DNA of 64,000 nucleotides from Chiloscyllium plagiosum (taxonomy: Eukaryota), in contig NC_057746.1 of NCBI RefSeq assembly GCF_004010195.1, positions 28,863,861-28,927,860 of the forward strand, read 5' to 3'. Under the pieces are notes generated by a model. The model saw nothing but the letters and a program-made list of their open reading frames with translations. It searched no databases and was not told the origin of the DNA. The stretch's first letter is position 1; each line of letters starts with the position of its first letter. The position numbers and the translations under genes were made by a program. Positions 62,245 through 64,000 of this stretch are shown here, piece by piece.

Positions 62245-64000
62245 GTGACAAACTGAGCTCAAACTCTGAGAACTTTTTGCAAAAACTAATCATGAACTGA
62301 ATCTAATAATTTGTTAAAAGAAAGTAAAACAGTGCTAGAAATACTCCACAGATCAAGCAGAAGCTGTGGAGAGAGAGGTGGGCACGGAGAACAATGTTAA
62401 TATTTCGGGGAATAAGATTTCATTTTTAGTGAGGTGTGCAATGAACAGTGTAATGAGGAGCCTGTTCATTGCAGTCTGACTCTGATGGCATCTCCCGAGG
62501 TCATGGTGCCCATTAGATTCATTAATTTATTTGATTTTCTTTTCCAGGCCTCAGGAAATCTGAAGGTAAATGATGTTTCTTCAGCCTGTGGGACATGTGC
62601 TGATGTTACACTGACTCTAGCTGTTGAGGAATTTCACACACTCACCCTGACCTTTACTGTTTCTGTCCTGAGAGCAGTCAGACCCCTTCCTGTATGTTGC
62701 TGATCTTACCAGTCACCTGGAGGGTCCATCGGTCTGTTCCTGTTGGTCCTTTCTGTGAGTATACCCTTTCCTTCACACACACCCTCCTGACCAGATTCTC
62801 TATCCCATTCTGACGTTTCCTGTTGTGACAGTGCTGTACCTTTAAGAGAGAGATGTTCTGCACCTGTTTCCTGTTGCAGAGGCATTTCGTCAGAGTGGTC
62901 ACATAATGCCTCCTTCAGATGGGAAGTTGGTAAACTGTGTTTAATTTCTCTCTGGGTATTTGTTTTGAAGAATAATAAGGGAGTGGTGAGATGGCTCACA
63001 CAGACCCAGAAGGGCAATTTTATTTAATGAGATGGTTTCAACAGGTTGCTGAGCTAAAGGCTTGAGTTCTTGGCTGCTAGAGTGAAGTCTTACACAATGA
63101 GTGTTCCTGCTAGACATCAAAAGAGGCAGTTTATTTCTTTGGTCTGGACTGGAAAGAGACTCTCCATAAGAATCAAAACTGTTTTGCTGAATTGATGTCA
63201 AAGAGTGTGCTTTGTGTCTATGTTGGATCATTTGATTAGTGCTTAAATATTGCAATATCTTGTTAAGTATTTCAATAGAGTTAAAGTTATTCCAATTCCT
63301 TTTTAGTTGTATTTTAACTGTGTTATAAGAATAAAGTGTGTTTTGATTAAAGTCCAGTAGTGGGCCAATTGAATCACATCTGTAATACAGTGCCTTGCAC
63401 TAGCTGTAAAATCATTATAAATGTTAGTGTCTCTTTACAATACTTTATGTGGGGTTGAGGTGTACGGTATAGTCCATAGCATTCTCTCCCAACTCTCTCA
63501 ACTTCCTCCCCTGTTTCTTTCCACTCTCCCGTGCTCTCTCCCACTTCTCTCCCTTCCATCTATGCTCTTTCTCCCCCAACTCCCTACTTTTTCTCATGTG
63601 AGTCTCTTCACCTCTCTCATCTTCACACAATGCCCTCTCTCACTCTCTCCCCCTCTTCTCCATGCAACTTTCTTTCAATTTCAATTGTACAGGTCCTCTC
63701 CTCCTTTCTCATCCTCTTGCTCCTTCTCCTCTCCCTCCTCCTTCCTTCTCACCTTCACCTTTCCTCTCTCCCAAACACCCACTCTTCTTCAGTTCCTCCT
63801 CCTTTCTTCCTGTCCTCCTCCTCTTCCCCTCTCTAAACCTTTACCTTTTCAGATTCCTTTTAGAGTCAGGGAGAGTGGATGATGTGATTTGGGTGACACA
63901 CGCTGCTCTGGGGATGGGACAGTGTTCAGTGTGAGGGGAAAAGAGATGCTGCTAATTTAATGTTTTCTTTTGACCAGTTACAGAACATCAAAGGTTGCTG

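Larger units (their letters stand above)
45615..63430 (+). repeat. Segmental duplication copy 2 (contains locus C)
   Basis: Collinear with 13310-29745; differs by copy-specific TE insertions. Confidence 0.85.
50757..64000 (+). pseudogene. Butyrophilin-like locus C (signal 50757-50797, IgV 52219-52916, IgC 61078-61362, TM 62125-62244, heptad 62548-62565, probable next micro-exon from 63978 or 63984); continues beyond the window
   Basis: ATA at 50758-50760 where locus B has ATG; IgV interrupted by a SINE at 52329-52659; IgC, TM and heptad exons open with canonical splice sites. Confidence 0.8.

Overview
Vertebrate genomic DNA. The repeat content (HE1/V-SINE-like SINEs, CR1 LINEs, Penelope-like elements) points to a cartilaginous fish, probably a bamboo/carpet shark; this is inference, not a database result. 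The window holds part of a tandem cluster of three butyrophilin-family (BTN/BTNL) loci, all on the + strand. Locus A (2439-9938) shows only its 3' part: five 21/27-nt phase-1 heptad micro-exons and an intact B30.2 (PRY-SPRY) exon. Locus B (about 19800-35126) has the full architecture (5'UTR exon, signal, IgV, IgC, TM, four heptad exons, B30.2), with three frameshifts in IgV and a nonsense codon in IgC. All its other exons are open, and its B30.2 exon looks TRIM-type rather than BTN-type. Locus C (about 48060 to the window end) is a segmental-duplication paralogue of B; its start codon reads ATA and a SINE interrupts IgV, while IgC and TM are intact. The rest is mostly transposon debris: three 3-kb CR1 LINEs, CR1 3' fragments, SINEs, solo-LTR-like pieces and many Penelope-like fragments. 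The Penelope terminal repeats carry minimal type I hammerhead ribozyme motifs, often in fold-back arrangements. Most interesting: a birth-and-death shark butyrophilin cluster with an apparent B30.2 exon swap, a possible ectodomain-less isoform of locus B, and dispersed hammerhead motifs. Repeat boundaries are approximate and were read by eye.
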